From: Vulcanimicrobiaceae bacterium
Lineage (GTDB): Bacteria > Vulcanimicrobiota > Vulcanimicrobiia > Vulcanimicrobiales > Vulcanimicrobiaceae
Direction: 5' to 3'
DNA: 44,195 nt
Assembly (NCBI GenBank): GCA_046262595.1
Contig: JBHEMM010000003.1
Location: forward strand, 42,420-86,614
Below, piece after piece: positions 18,999 to 28,399 of this stretch. Made by a program: the position numbers and the translations under genes. The notes under the pieces are model-generated. The model worked only from the letters and a program-made list of their open reading frames with translations. It was not told the DNA's origin and did not search any database. Positions within the stretch are counted from its first letter, which is position 1. Every line of letters begins with the position of its first letter.

Positions 18999-20450
18999 TT
19001 ACTTTGCCGCGACCGGCTGGAGCGCCCGCTTCTTGGGATTCACGATGTGGATCGCTTTCCCGTGCGCAGCCTCGGCGGCGTCCATGATGCCTTCGGTAAG
19101 CGTCGGATGCGGGTGAATCGAGAGACCGATGTCTTCGAGCGTCGCGCCCATCTCCAGCGCTATCACGCCTTCGCCGATCAGCGATTCGGCTTGCGGTGCG
19201 ACGATGTGCATGCCCAGAAGCATGTCCGTCTTGGCGTCGGCCACGAGTTTGATCAAGCCGTCCGTCTCGTTCATCGTGCGGGCCCGTCCGCTCGCCGCGA
19301 GCGGGAATTTACCGATCCGCACGTCATGGCCTGCGGCTTTGGCCTCTTCCTCGGAAAGTCCGACGGTCGCTACTTCCGGATCGGTGTAGACGCAATTCGG
19401 CACGGCAACCGGGTCGTACGCGGCGGACGCGTCTCCGCCGATCACTTCCGCCGCGATAACGCCTTCTTTCATGCCTTTATGCGCGAGCATCGGCGCGCCG
19501 GTGATGTCCCCGATCGCGAACACGTTTGCCACCTTCGTACGGCGCTGCGCGTCGACGTCGATGAAGCCGCGCTCGTTTGTCTGCAAACCCGCTTTTTCCA
19601 AATTCAAGCCGTCCGTTACCGGCCGCCGCCCCACCGCAACCAGGACGCAATCGAACTGCCGGGTTTCCTCTTTGCCGCCGGTGCCCTCGCCCGCGAACGA
19701 CGCCTTAACGATGCGTCCTTCTTTTTTGAGCGCGGTCACCTTGGTGTTGAGCACGATCTCGACGCCTTGCTTTTTGAGAATGCGGCCCAGCGTTTTCGAT
19801 ATTTCCAGATCGGTGCCCGTTAAAATTTGCGGCATCGCCTCGATGACGAGCACCTTGCTGCCCATGCGCGAATACACCGTCGCGAACTCCAAACCGATAA
19901 CGCCGCCGCCGATGACCAGCATGTTCTTGGGCACGCGTTTGATTTGGACGGCGTCATCGGAGTTGATGATGTACTCGCCGTCGCGCGGCCATGCCTTGAC
20001 GTCGAGCGGCGCAGAACCCGTCGCGATGACGGCGTACTGCGCCGAGATCGTTTCTTCGCCTCCGTCGTTTTTCTTGACCGTGATCTCGTTCGCGTTTTTG
20101 AAGGCGGCCTGACCGTAGATGAATTGCACGTTGTTGGCTTTGAAGAGCGTTTTAACGCCGCCGACGTTGGCGTTGACGACGTCGGTTTTAAACTTTGCGA
20201 CGCCTTCGCGATCGACGTCTGCTTTTGCGACCTTCAGACCCAGTGCGCCCGCGTGGTCGATATGACGGATGACCTCGCCCACATGCAGCAGCGCTTTGGT
20301 TGGAATGCAGCCCCAGTTCAAGCAGACGCCGCCGACCTCGTCGCGATCTACGCAGATGACTTTTTTGCCGAGTTGCCCCAAACGGATCGCTGCGTGATAG
20401 CCGCCCGGCCCGGCGCCGATGACGACTGCATCGACTTGATGATCAGCCAC
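18999..20450 (-). CDS. lpdA: Dihydrolipoyl dehydrogenase
   Basis: IGAGPGGY, GGVCLNWGCIPTK, GGGVIGLE, HPHPTLTE. Confidence 0.97.
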   Translation of the reverse strand: MADHQVDAVVIGAGPGGYHAAIRLGQLGKKVICVDRDEVGGVCLNWGCIPTKALLHVGEVIRHIDHAGALGLKVAKADVDREGVAKFKTDVVNANVGGVKTLFKANNVQFIYGQAAFKNANEITVKKNDGGEETISAQYAVIATGSAPLDVKAWPRDGEYIINSDDAVQIKRVPKNMLVIGGGVIGLEFATVYSRMGSKVLVIEAMPQILTGTDLEISKTLGRILKKQGVEIVLNTKVTALKKEGRIVKASFAGEGTGGKEETRQFDCVLVAVGRRPVTDGLNLEKAGLQTNERGFIDVDAQRRTKVANVFAIGDITGAPMLAHKGMKEGVIAAEVIGGDASAAYDPVAVPNCVYTDPEVATVGLSEEEAKAAGHDVRIGKFPLAASGRARTMNETDGLIKLVADAKTDMLLGMHIVAPQAESLIGEGVIALEMGATLEDIGLSIHPHPTLTEGIMDAAEAAHGKAIHIVNPKKRALQPVAAK

Positions 20451-20553
20451 GTGTAAAACTCTCCAAAAAAAAGCGTGCGGTCGGGGATGCTTCTCTTTCG
20501 GTCAGCATGACAACTGTCGGCGACGCGCCGCAACCCCCAAAGTAGGCCTTTAA

Positions 20554-20605
20554 CCATCCAATCCGCAAAGTGGACCGTTCATGTCGAAAATTGGATGGCC
20601 TGGAC
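20554..20605. promoter_or_regulatory. Putative MocR autoregulatory operator
   Basis: Perfect inverted repeat CCATCCAAT (20554-20562) / ATTGGATGG (20590-20598), plus TGGA(C/T) copies at 20571, 20592 and 20601, straddling the regulator start codon. Confidence 0.55.
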
Positions 20606-22044
20606 GCCTGCCGGGGCTCGACCGTGAGAGCATCGTCCCGCTTTACCGTCAAATTTATGAGGCGCTGCGGGAGGCGATTCTGGCGGGCACGCTGCCGGAG
20701 TCCACCCGTTTGCCGCCCGAGCGCACGCTCGCGGAAAAGATGGACGTCAATCGCAGCACCGTCGTTCACGCGTACCGCGAGCTGGCGGCCGACGGCCTTA
20801 TCGAGCAAAAGGTCGGGTCGGGATCCCGCGTGGTTCCACAGCTGCGGGCGGGTCAGCCCGAACGTTCGGCGTCGGTGCCGTGGTGGGTCACGCTGCCCCC
20901 GTGGCGCGTCGGGGAATTCCCAGCCGTGCTCGGCGAGCTGGCGGCCAAGCAAGACCCCGGCGTAATCAGCTTCGTTCAAGGCGTCGCACCGGATCGCCCC
21001 TCGCCCCTGGACGAGCTGGCGAAATCGTTCGCGCGCGTCGCTGCCGATCCGCGCTTCATCCTTTCGTACGGCGACTCCGAAGGCTACGAGCCGCTGCGTC
21101 AAGCGATCGCGGCGCGCATGGCCGCGCGCGGCACATCGACGCACGCTCGAGACGTCATCGTGCTGACCGGTTCGACGCAAGGTATCATGGCCGTCGCGCA
21201 GTCGCTTGCCGAACCGGGCGATGAAATTATCGTCGAAGTGCCGAGCTATCCCGGAGCGCTGCAGATTTTTCAGATCTGCGGCTTGCGGGCGATTCCGGTC
21301 GCAGTGGACGAAGACGGAATGCGCGTCGATCACGTGGAGGCCATTCTGCGCACGCGCCGTCCGCGGTTCGTTTATACGATGCCCTCGATGCACAATCCGA
21401 CGAACGTTACGATGAACGCCGACCGCCGCGAACGTCTGGTGAAAATCGCGCGGCGCGCCGGCATTCCCATTATCGAGGACGACCCGTACGGAGAACTTGC
21501 TAGAAGCGCGCTGCCGCCGCTGGTCGCGCACGCGCCGGACTACGTCGTGTACCTGAGCACCTTCAGCAAAACGATAGCGCCATCGCTGCGCGTAGGATGG
21601 CTCGCGGCGCCCCGGCCGATCGTCGAGCGTTTGCTGCTGCGCAAGCAAGCTCTGGACATGGCGACCAGCCTTTACGTGCAAGCGGCGATTTACGACTATC
21701 TCCAGACGGGGTATGACGCGCACGTGACGCAGCTGCGCGAAGAACTGCGCGTGCGCCGCGAAATGGCCGACGCCGCGTGCGCCGAATATTGGCCGGCAAG
21801 CATGCGTATGAGTAAACCGGGCGGCGGCTTTTATCTGTGGGTGACGACGCCGCGCGAGATTCGCGCCCGCCCTCTGCTGGATCAAGCCGAGCGTCTGGGC
21901 GCATCGTTCCTGTTCGGACAGCCGTTCTTCGCAAACTCCGGCGGCGAGTACAATTTTCGCTTGGCGCTCACGCCGGTGACGCGCGAACAGATACCGGAAG
22001 GGATCAAACGCATCGGAAAAGCGATCGCGTCCGTCCGCGAATGA
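20581..22044 (+). CDS. MocR/GabR-family regulator (GntR wHTH + PLP aminotransferase-like domain)
   Basis: PLYRQIY...LPPERTLA...VNRSTVVHAYREL, HNPT, IIEDDPY, STFSKTIAPSLRVGW. Confidence 0.95.
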   Translation: MSKIGWPGRLPGLDRESIVPLYRQIYEALREAILAGTLPESTRLPPERTLAEKMDVNRSTVVHAYRELAADGLIEQKVGSGSRVVPQLRAGQPERSASVPWWVTLPPWRVGEFPAVLGELAAKQDPGVISFVQGVAPDRPSPLDELAKSFARVAADPRFILSYGDSEGYEPLRQAIAARMAARGTSTHARDVIVLTGSTQGIMAVAQSLAEPGDEIIVEVPSYPGALQIFQICGLRAIPVAVDEDGMRVDHVEAILRTRRPRFVYTMPSMHNPTNVTMNADRRERLVKIARRAGIPIIEDDPYGELARSALPPLVAHAPDYVVYLSTFSKTIAPSLRVGWLAAPRPIVERLLLRKQALDMATSLYVQAAIYDYLQTGYDAHVTQLREELRVRREMADAACAEYWPASMRMSKPGGGFYLWVTTPREIRARPLLDQAERLGASFLFGQPFFANSGGEYNFRLALTPVTREQIPEGIKRIGKAIASVRE

Positions 22045-22826
22045 ATGCGGTGCGCGCGCGCGGTATCGGCGATGCGGATCGCGATGTCCGCCAATACGTG
22101 ATCCGTACCGCTTCAGTTTTGGGCGAGGTGCTCTCGGAAGCGATGACCGGCCTTTACCTCTATGGTTCGCTTGCAACCGGAGCCTTTTTCAGGGAACGCA
22201 GCAGCATCGATCTTCTTGCGGGCGTGCGTAAGACGCTCGATCCGCACAAGGGCGCGCAACTCGCAAACGCGGCGCGCATTTTTTCGCAGGAGTGTCCCGT
22301 TCCGGGCGGCCTTTCGCTGATCGTGCTGGAGCAATCGACCGCGCAGGCATGCACGCATCCGGCGCGCTGCGAACTGCGCTGCGATCGCACGCATGGCGCG
22401 GGCGCGGGCATCGCGGCGCGCGTGATGGAAACGCGCGAACGCGGTTTTCGCCTGGTCGGACCGCCTGCGGGCGATTTTTTCGGGCCGGTGCCGTGGTACG
22501 CATTCACCGCATCGCTGCAAGAGGCGTTTGCCGCGCCGCAAACCGATCCGGTCTGCGCGGTTCTGGATGCGTGCCGTGTTTTTGCGGCCGTAACCGCGCG
22601 CGTCATGCATATGCCGAACAAGCCGGAAGCGGCGCAAACGGCACTCATCGCTTTGCCTGCGGTGCTGCAGACGACCGTGCGCGATGCGCTGAACGTCGCT
22701 ACCGGCGTGAAAGCGATCGACGATGTGGTGTTCGGGCGCGGCGCGATCGCACAGTTGCGCGCATACGTTTGCGCACGGGTCACACCGGCGTTCGAGCGCG
22801 CATTGGATTGCGAAGAAGACGAATGA
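22041..22826 (+). CDS. Degenerate nucleotidyltransferase (AadA/ANT-like, DUF4111-type C-terminus)
   Basis: GLYLYGSLATG...SSIDLL, RERG..LVGPP..FFGPVP, VLDACR, K.EAA..AL. ATGA overlaps at both ends. Confidence 0.7.
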   Translation: MNAVRARGIGDADRDVRQYVIRTASVLGEVLSEAMTGLYLYGSLATGAFFRERSSIDLLAGVRKTLDPHKGAQLANAARIFSQECPVPGGLSLIVLEQSTAQACTHPARCELRCDRTHGAGAGIAARVMETRERGFRLVGPPAGDFFGPVPWYAFTASLQEAFAAPQTDPVCAVLDACRVFAAVTARVMHMPNKPEAAQTALIALPAVLQTTVRDALNVATGVKAIDDVVFGRGAIAQLRAYVCARVTPAFERALDCEEDE

Positions 22827-23731
22827 ACCGGACGGCGCGGCTCGTGCTCGATTGGTATGAGCGAAACGGCCGCTCGCATCTGCCTTGGCGCGCGACGCGC
22901 GATCCGTATGCGGTGCTCGTGAGCGAATCGATGCTGCAGCAGACGCAAGTCGAGCGCGTCGTACCGAAATATACCGCCTTCCTGCAGCGCTTTGCGGACT
23001 TTCCGTCTTTGGCGCGGGCCGACGCCGCGGACGTCGTTCAAGCGTGGAAGGGCCTGGGATACAACTCGCGCGCGGTCCGGCTGCACCGTCTTGCGCGCGA
23101 GGTCTGCGAACGTTTCGGCGGCCAGCTGCCGAGCGATTGTGCCGCGCTGGGCTCGCTGCCCGGCGTCGGGCCGTATACGATCGCCGCCGTGCGTGCGTTC
23201 GCGTTCGACCAGGACGGCGCGGCACTCGATACCAACATCCGCCGGGTCGTGCATCGTGTGCTTTTCGGGCTCGAACTTGCATCGCCAATCGAACCGGCGC
23301 GCGTCGATGCGCGGGCCCGCGCACTGGTCCCCGCCGGCAGAGCGCGCGATTGGAATTCGGGCATGATGGACTTGGGCGCGCAGATCTGCACGGCCCGCGC
23401 GCCCAAGTGCTCCGTATGCCCGCTTGCCCGCGTTTGTGCCGCTTCGCCGGTCGATGCCAAGCAGCTGGAAGCGCTGCGCCGCGCGCGCGTGAAGCGCGGC
23501 GGACCACAAGCGCGCATTCCGTTCCGGCAAACGACGCGCTTCGCGCGCGGCCGCATCGTCGACGCACTGCGCGAGCTTCCGGCGGGGAACCGCATTTCGC
23601 TCCTGAAGTTGCGTGCTTCTCTGCACGATGCACTCGAACGCGAGGAAAATGAATTCGATGCCATCGTGCGGGCACTCGTAAAGGACGGGCTCCTCGAATG
23701 TGACGGTGAGGAGGTCGCTTTAGCGCGCTAA
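22823..23731 (+). CDS. mutY: A/G-specific adenine glycosylase, short form without the NUDIX-like domain
   Basis: LPWR, VSESMLQQTQV, WKGLGYNSRA, LPGVGPYT (HhH), DTNIRRV, MDLGA..C.ARAPKCSVCPL..C (4Fe-4S). Confidence 0.92.
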   Translation: MNRTARLVLDWYERNGRSHLPWRATRDPYAVLVSESMLQQTQVERVVPKYTAFLQRFADFPSLARADAADVVQAWKGLGYNSRAVRLHRLAREVCERFGGQLPSDCAALGSLPGVGPYTIAAVRAFAFDQDGAALDTNIRRVVHRVLFGLELASPIEPARVDARARALVPAGRARDWNSGMMDLGAQICTARAPKCSVCPLARVCAASPVDAKQLEALRRARVKRGGPQARIPFRQTTRFARGRIVDALRELPAGNRISLLKLRASLHDALEREENEFDAIVRALVKDGLLECDGEEVALAR

Positions 23732-23745
23732 GGTAATGGCGGGTA

Positions 23746-25734
23746 ATGAAATTGCTGCCGCTGATTCTCGCGTTTCTCATGGCCGCATTGCCGGCATCTT
23801 CAGAACCGCTGGACTGGGCCGCCGTCCGGCATATCGTCTCGCTCAGCCAGCCGCAAATTTCACCCGACGGAACGCGCGTGCTTTTCATGCGTTCGCGGCA
23901 GGATTTTGCGAAAGACCGCCGCGTTTCGCAACTCATGCTGATCGACGTAAAGACTCGCGCCATGCGGGCGCTCACGTTCGAGCGCACGGGCGTGTCGTCG
24001 CCGCGATGGTCGCCCGACGGATCCCGCGTTGCGATCTTGGCGCCTGGAGAGCGCGAAGGCAGCTCGCACGCACAAAGCCAGATATTCGTTTTGCGTTTAG
24101 ACGGCGGCGATGCGCGCCAAATCAGCGACGCGCCCGCAGGCGTCGACAATTTCGCGTGGAGTCCCGACGGCTCGCAGTTCGCATTCATCACGCAAGATCC
24201 TAATCCGTACAAAAAGCAGATAAAGCAACACCTCGATGCGTTCGAAGTGTCGAACAACGATTATCTGCATCAGTCCGCATCGATTCCCTCGCACCTGTGG
24301 CTGATGCCGGCCGGCGGCGGCAAGGCGCGCCGGCTCACATCCGGAAACTGGAGCCTGGGAATTGTCGACCCCTACGGCACTTCGGCGATCAGCTGGTCGG
24401 CGGACGGCAAACGCATCGCGTACGACCACTATCCCAGCGCGGTAAACGGCGATACGCTCGGCGTCGTCATCGACGTGCTCGACGTGCGCACCGGCAAACG
24501 ATCGCCTTTGAACGGCGTCAAGGGGGAACGCGGCGCCCAATTTGCGCCGGCGGGGCATGCGATCGTCTTCGACCGGAACACGAACGGCGACCCGACCAAC
24601 GGCGTTTCACCCTACGTCACGCGTGACGGCAAGAAGCCCGTGAATGCGGCCGCAGCGATCGGCCGCAACATCAATGCGGAGAATTGGGCGCCGGACGGGA
24701 AAGCGCTCTGGCTCTTCGGCCCCGATGGCGATCGCACCGCCGGCTGGTACGTGCCCGCGGCGGGCGGCAGCGCACGGCGCATTGCGCTCGGCCAGATTGC
24801 GCTGAGCACTACGGGCAACGTTTCCAAAACGAACGCGCTGGCGTTTGTCGGCAGCACCGCGTCCGCGCCGCCCGAGTTGTATTATCTTTCCTCACCGTCC
24901 GCGCGCCCGGTGCGTTTGACCGCACAGAACGCCGCTCTCGCAAAGCGCGAGATGGGCCGCGTCGTGCCGGTCCACTGGCGCAACGACGGGTTCAATGAGA
25001 ACGGCATTTTGACGCTGCCGCCGCATTACGATGCGCGCCGCTCATATCCGCTCGTCCTGATCGTGCATGGCGGCCCGCAATCGGCAAGCACAATCGCATT
25101 CAGCGCGCAGAACCAGGTTACTTCCTCGCACGGATATCTCGTGTTCAATCCCAATTACCGCGGCAGCACGAATTTGGGCGATGCGTACGAACATGCGATT
25201 TCGCGTGACGCCGGCGCTGGCCCCGGACGCGATGTGATGGCCGGTATCGCTGCGGTCGAGCATTCGTACCGGGTGGATCGTGCACGGATGGCGGTTACGG
25301 GCTGGTCGTACGGCGGCTACATGACCTCGTGGGTGGAAGGACATTACGACATCTGGAAAGCTGCGGTCGCCGGCGCCGCGCTCAACGACTGGCTGGACGA
25401 TTTCAACGTGTCGTTTTACGTGTATACCGACGTTCCGTGGTTCCCCGGTCCGCCGGGAAATCCCAAGTACACGCCGATGTGGCGCGCGCAGTCGCCGATA
25501 ACGTACGCGCAGCGCATCAAGGCCCCGACGCTCATCATGGGCGACATCGGCGATAACAACGTCACGATCACGAACTCGTTTAAAATGTATCACGCGCTCA
25601 AAGACAATGGAGTCACGGTGCAGTTTGTCGCGTATCCCGTTCATGGGCATTTCCCGACCGATCCGGCGCAGAACGAAGACGTCGACCAGCGCTGGCTTGC
25701 GTGGCTGGACCGCTACCTGAAGCGCGGCAAATGA
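23746..25734 (+). CDS. Exported S9 family (acylaminoacyl/dipeptidyl) peptidase
   Basis: Signal peptide, WSPDG propeller repeats, HGGP, NYRGS, GWSYGG (Ser), GDNNV (Asp), HGHFP (His). Confidence 0.93.
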   Translation: MKLLPLILAFLMAALPASSEPLDWAAVRHIVSLSQPQISPDGTRVLFMRSRQDFAKDRRVSQLMLIDVKTRAMRALTFERTGVSSPRWSPDGSRVAILAPGEREGSSHAQSQIFVLRLDGGDARQISDAPAGVDNFAWSPDGSQFAFITQDPNPYKKQIKQHLDAFEVSNNDYLHQSASIPSHLWLMPAGGGKARRLTSGNWSLGIVDPYGTSAISWSADGKRIAYDHYPSAVNGDTLGVVIDVLDVRTGKRSPLNGVKGERGAQFAPAGHAIVFDRNTNGDPTNGVSPYVTRDGKKPVNAAAAIGRNINAENWAPDGKALWLFGPDGDRTAGWYVPAAGGSARRIALGQIALSTTGNVSKTNALAFVGSTASAPPELYYLSSPSARPVRLTAQNAALAKREMGRVVPVHWRNDGFNENGILTLPPHYDARRSYPLVLIVHGGPQSASTIAFSAQNQVTSSHGYLVFNPNYRGSTNLGDAYEHAISRDAGAGPGRDVMAGIAAVEHSYRVDRARMAVTGWSYGGYMTSWVEGHYDIWKAAVAGAALNDWLDDFNVSFYVYTDVPWFPGPPGNPKYTPMWRAQSPITYAQRIKAPTLIMGDIGDNNVTITNSFKMYHALKDNGVTVQFVAYPVHGHFPTDPAQNEDVDQRWLAWLDRYLKRGK

Positions 25735-27719
25735 AGCGCCTTCTGTTGACGCTCGCGCTGGTCGGCGCCGTCCAAGCCGGGGCTTCGGCGCGGCCCATCG
25801 TCTTGAACGATCTCAAGTCTTTGACGGGCGTCTCCGACGCGGTGATTTCGCCCGATGGAGTGCAGATCGCATACATCGTTTCCACGCCCGATTTTAAAGC
25901 CGACCGCACCGTGCGCCGCATGCATCTGTACGATCTGCATGCCGGCGCGGACCGCATCATCACGTTCGACCGCAACGACGTTTCCTCGCCGGCGTGGTCG
26001 CCCGACGGTTCCCGCCTGGCATTCATCGCGCACGATAACGTGTTCGTGATGGACATGCGCGGCGGTGAGGCGATGCCGATCACGCGTGCGGCGCGCGGCG
26101 TGCAGCAATTTGCTTGGCGCCCGGACGGCAACGCCATCGCATTCGTAACGCGCGACGAACCGAAGAACAAGCGCGAACTCGCGCGCCACGTGAAAGCATT
26201 CGTCGTGGGCGATCAGTCGTATGTCGAAGAAGAAGCTCCCACGCCCAGCCACATTTGGCTCGCAACGCCGGGGGCGCCCGGCCAACTTTGGGATGCGAAG
26301 CGGCTTACGCACGGCGCCTGGTCTTTGCCGCCGAGCGCGCCTCCCGGGTCACCATCTTCACCGCTTTCATGGTCGCCCGACGGCCGCTTCATCGCGTTTT
26401 CAAAGATGTCGAGCGTGTACTTTGCGGACGGGCATCGAAGCGTCGTTTGCGTGCTGGATACGCGCGACGGATCGATCCGCACCCTCACGTCGCACGGCAA
26501 ACTGGAGGGGTACGGCACATTCGCGCCGGACGGCACCAAAATTGCATACTGGTATCCCTACCAAGGCAATCCCGCGGCGGAAAACGACGTTTACGTCACG
26601 GCCGCCGGGGGCGGGAACGGCAGCGACGTCACCGCCGAAGATATCGACACCAACGTGCAGCGCGCGATCTGGATGCCCGATTCGCAGTCGCTGCTCGTCT
26701 CGGGACACAACGGCACCGATGCCGCGCTTTGGATCAAACCGCTGCAGGGCAAAGCGCGCCGCCTGGATCTGCACGGCGTTCAACCGGTGCAGGCTTTCTG
26801 GCTGGATGCGAGCGTCGCTAAAACCGGCGCCCTCGCCTTCGTCGGCTCGCAAGCACATCATCCCAACGAGCTGTACTATATGAGCTCCCCGTCTGCGGCG
26901 CCGAAAGCGTTGACCTCGTACAACGATACGGTCGCCGCGCTGGACTTGGGCGATGTCCGGAGCGTTACATGGACGTCTGAGGGCTATGATGAGGACGGCG
27001 TGGTGACGTATCCGCCCGGTTACGACGCGCGTAAGAACTACCCGCTCGCCTTGATCATTCACGGCGGGCCAAACTCGGCCTCAATCGCCTCGTTCAACGC
27101 GATGAATCAGCTGCTCGCCGCGCGCGGGATCGTCGTCTTCAATCCAAACTACCGCGGAAGCGACAATCTGGGCGAACGTTATTGGTACGGCATTTTCAAC
27201 GATGCAGGCGCCGGTCCGGGCCGGGACGTCATCGCCGGCATTGCCGCGGTGCAGACGCGGGCGCATATCGACAAAGCGCGCATCGGCGTGTCGGGCTGGT
27301 CGTACGGCGGCTACATGACTTCGTGGATGGAAGGCCATTACCACTTCTGGCGCGCGGCGGTCGCCGGCGCCGCAGTGAACAATTGGATCGACGAATATGC
27401 GCTTTCCGACAACAACGTCTCGGTGCGCTTTGCCTTCGGCGGATCGCCGTGGACCGGCAGCAATCTGCAGCAGTATTTGGCTCAGTCACCGATTACATAC
27501 GCGTGGGATATCACGACTCCCACGCTGATTCTGAGCGACACGAAAGACGCTCGCGTGCCGATCACGCAGTCCTATGAGATGTTTCGGACGCTGCGCGATC
27601 GCGGTACGCCGGTGAAGTTCTACGCGTATCCGGTGGCGGGAGATTTCCCAAGCGACCCGGTGCGCGCCATGGACGTCGACCGGCGGTGGATCGACTGGCT
27701 CGTGCGCTACTTGAAGTGA
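25731..27719 (+). CDS. Exported S9 family peptidase paralogue with catalytic His replaced by Asp
   Basis: Same architecture as the upstream paralogue (GWSYGG, KDARV), but YPVAGDFP where the paralogue has YPVHGHFP. Confidence 0.9.
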   Translation: MKRLLLTLALVGAVQAGASARPIVLNDLKSLTGVSDAVISPDGVQIAYIVSTPDFKADRTVRRMHLYDLHAGADRIITFDRNDVSSPAWSPDGSRLAFIAHDNVFVMDMRGGEAMPITRAARGVQQFAWRPDGNAIAFVTRDEPKNKRELARHVKAFVVGDQSYVEEEAPTPSHIWLATPGAPGQLWDAKRLTHGAWSLPPSAPPGSPSSPLSWSPDGRFIAFSKMSSVYFADGHRSVVCVLDTRDGSIRTLTSHGKLEGYGTFAPDGTKIAYWYPYQGNPAAENDVYVTAAGGGNGSDVTAEDIDTNVQRAIWMPDSQSLLVSGHNGTDAALWIKPLQGKARRLDLHGVQPVQAFWLDASVAKTGALAFVGSQAHHPNELYYMSSPSAAPKALTSYNDTVAALDLGDVRSVTWTSEGYDEDGVVTYPPGYDARKNYPLALIIHGGPNSASIASFNAMNQLLAARGIVVFNPNYRGSDNLGERYWYGIFNDAGAGPGRDVIAGIAAVQTRAHIDKARIGVSGWSYGGYMTSWMEGHYHFWRAAVAGAAVNNWIDEYALSDNNVSVRFAFGGSPWTGSNLQQYLAQSPITYAWDITTPTLILSDTKDARVPITQSYEMFRTLRDRGTPVKFYAYPVAGDFPSDPVRAMDVDRRWIDWLVRYLK

Positions 27720-28399
27720 TCCCGTTCCCGTTGCGCAAAGTTTCCAAGGAAACCGCGCGCACAGAGCTCGCCATTCTGGAGCAGACGTATCCACGCGCGA
27801 AAACCGCACTGCAGTACGGCAATCCCTTCGAGTTGCTGATCGCGGTCATTCTTTCCGCACAGTGCACCGACGCGCGGGTCAATATGACGACGCCGGCGCT
27901 GTTCAAAAAATATCCCTCGCCTGCCAAACTTGCACAGGCGCGCCAAGAGGACGTCGAGCGGCTTATAAAGTCGTGCGGCTTTTTCCGCATGAAGGCGCGC
28001 AACATTATCAGCGCCTCGCGTGGCCTGCTGGAGAAGCACGGCGGTGAGATTCCAGCGCAACGGGAAGCGCTGGAAGCGCTTGCCGGAGTGGGGCGCAAAA
28101 GCGCAAGCGTCGTCATGGCCGTCGTTTTTGAAGAGCCCGCGATCGCCGTCGACACGCACGTGTTTCGTGTGGCGCACCGTTTGGGTTTAACGCTCGGTAA
28201 GACGCCGCGCGATGTCGAAGCCGATCTGCAGAAAATCGTTCCGCGCGAAAAATGGCGTCACGCGCACCACTGGCTCATTTTGCACGGGCGCGCCGTCTGC
28301 AAAGCGCCCGTGCCGCGCTGCGGAGAATGTCCCGTCAATGCGCTTTGTCCGACGCCGAGGATTTTGCGGCTAAAACTGCAGCGGTCCGGGCCCGCTTAG
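27716..28399 (+). CDS. nth: Endonuclease III
   Basis: PFELLIAVILSAQCTD, LAGVGRKSA, AVDTHV.RV, HGRAVCKAPVPRCGECPVNALC. GTGA overlap. Confidence 0.96.
   Translation: MIPFPLRKVSKETARTELAILEQTYPRAKTALQYGNPFELLIAVILSAQCTDARVNMTTPALFKKYPSPAKLAQARQEDVERLIKSCGFFRMKARNIISASRGLLEKHGGEIPAQREALEALAGVGRKSASVVMAVVFEEPAIAVDTHVFRVAHRLGLTLGKTPRDVEADLQKIVPREKWRHAHHWLILHGRAVCKAPVPRCGECPVNALCPTPRILRLKLQRSGPA

Noticed and set aside
20581..22044. MocR protein as PdxR controlling pdxST
   Set aside because: It lies 20 kb away and the pdxS promoter is outside the window, so there is no supporting evidence.
20443..24257. Long antisense ORFs (577, 714 and 488 aa) and similar ones opposite ychF/gdhA, dnaK and the peptidases
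   Set aside because: Shadow frames of GC-rich genes: Arg/Ala-rich with no motifs.
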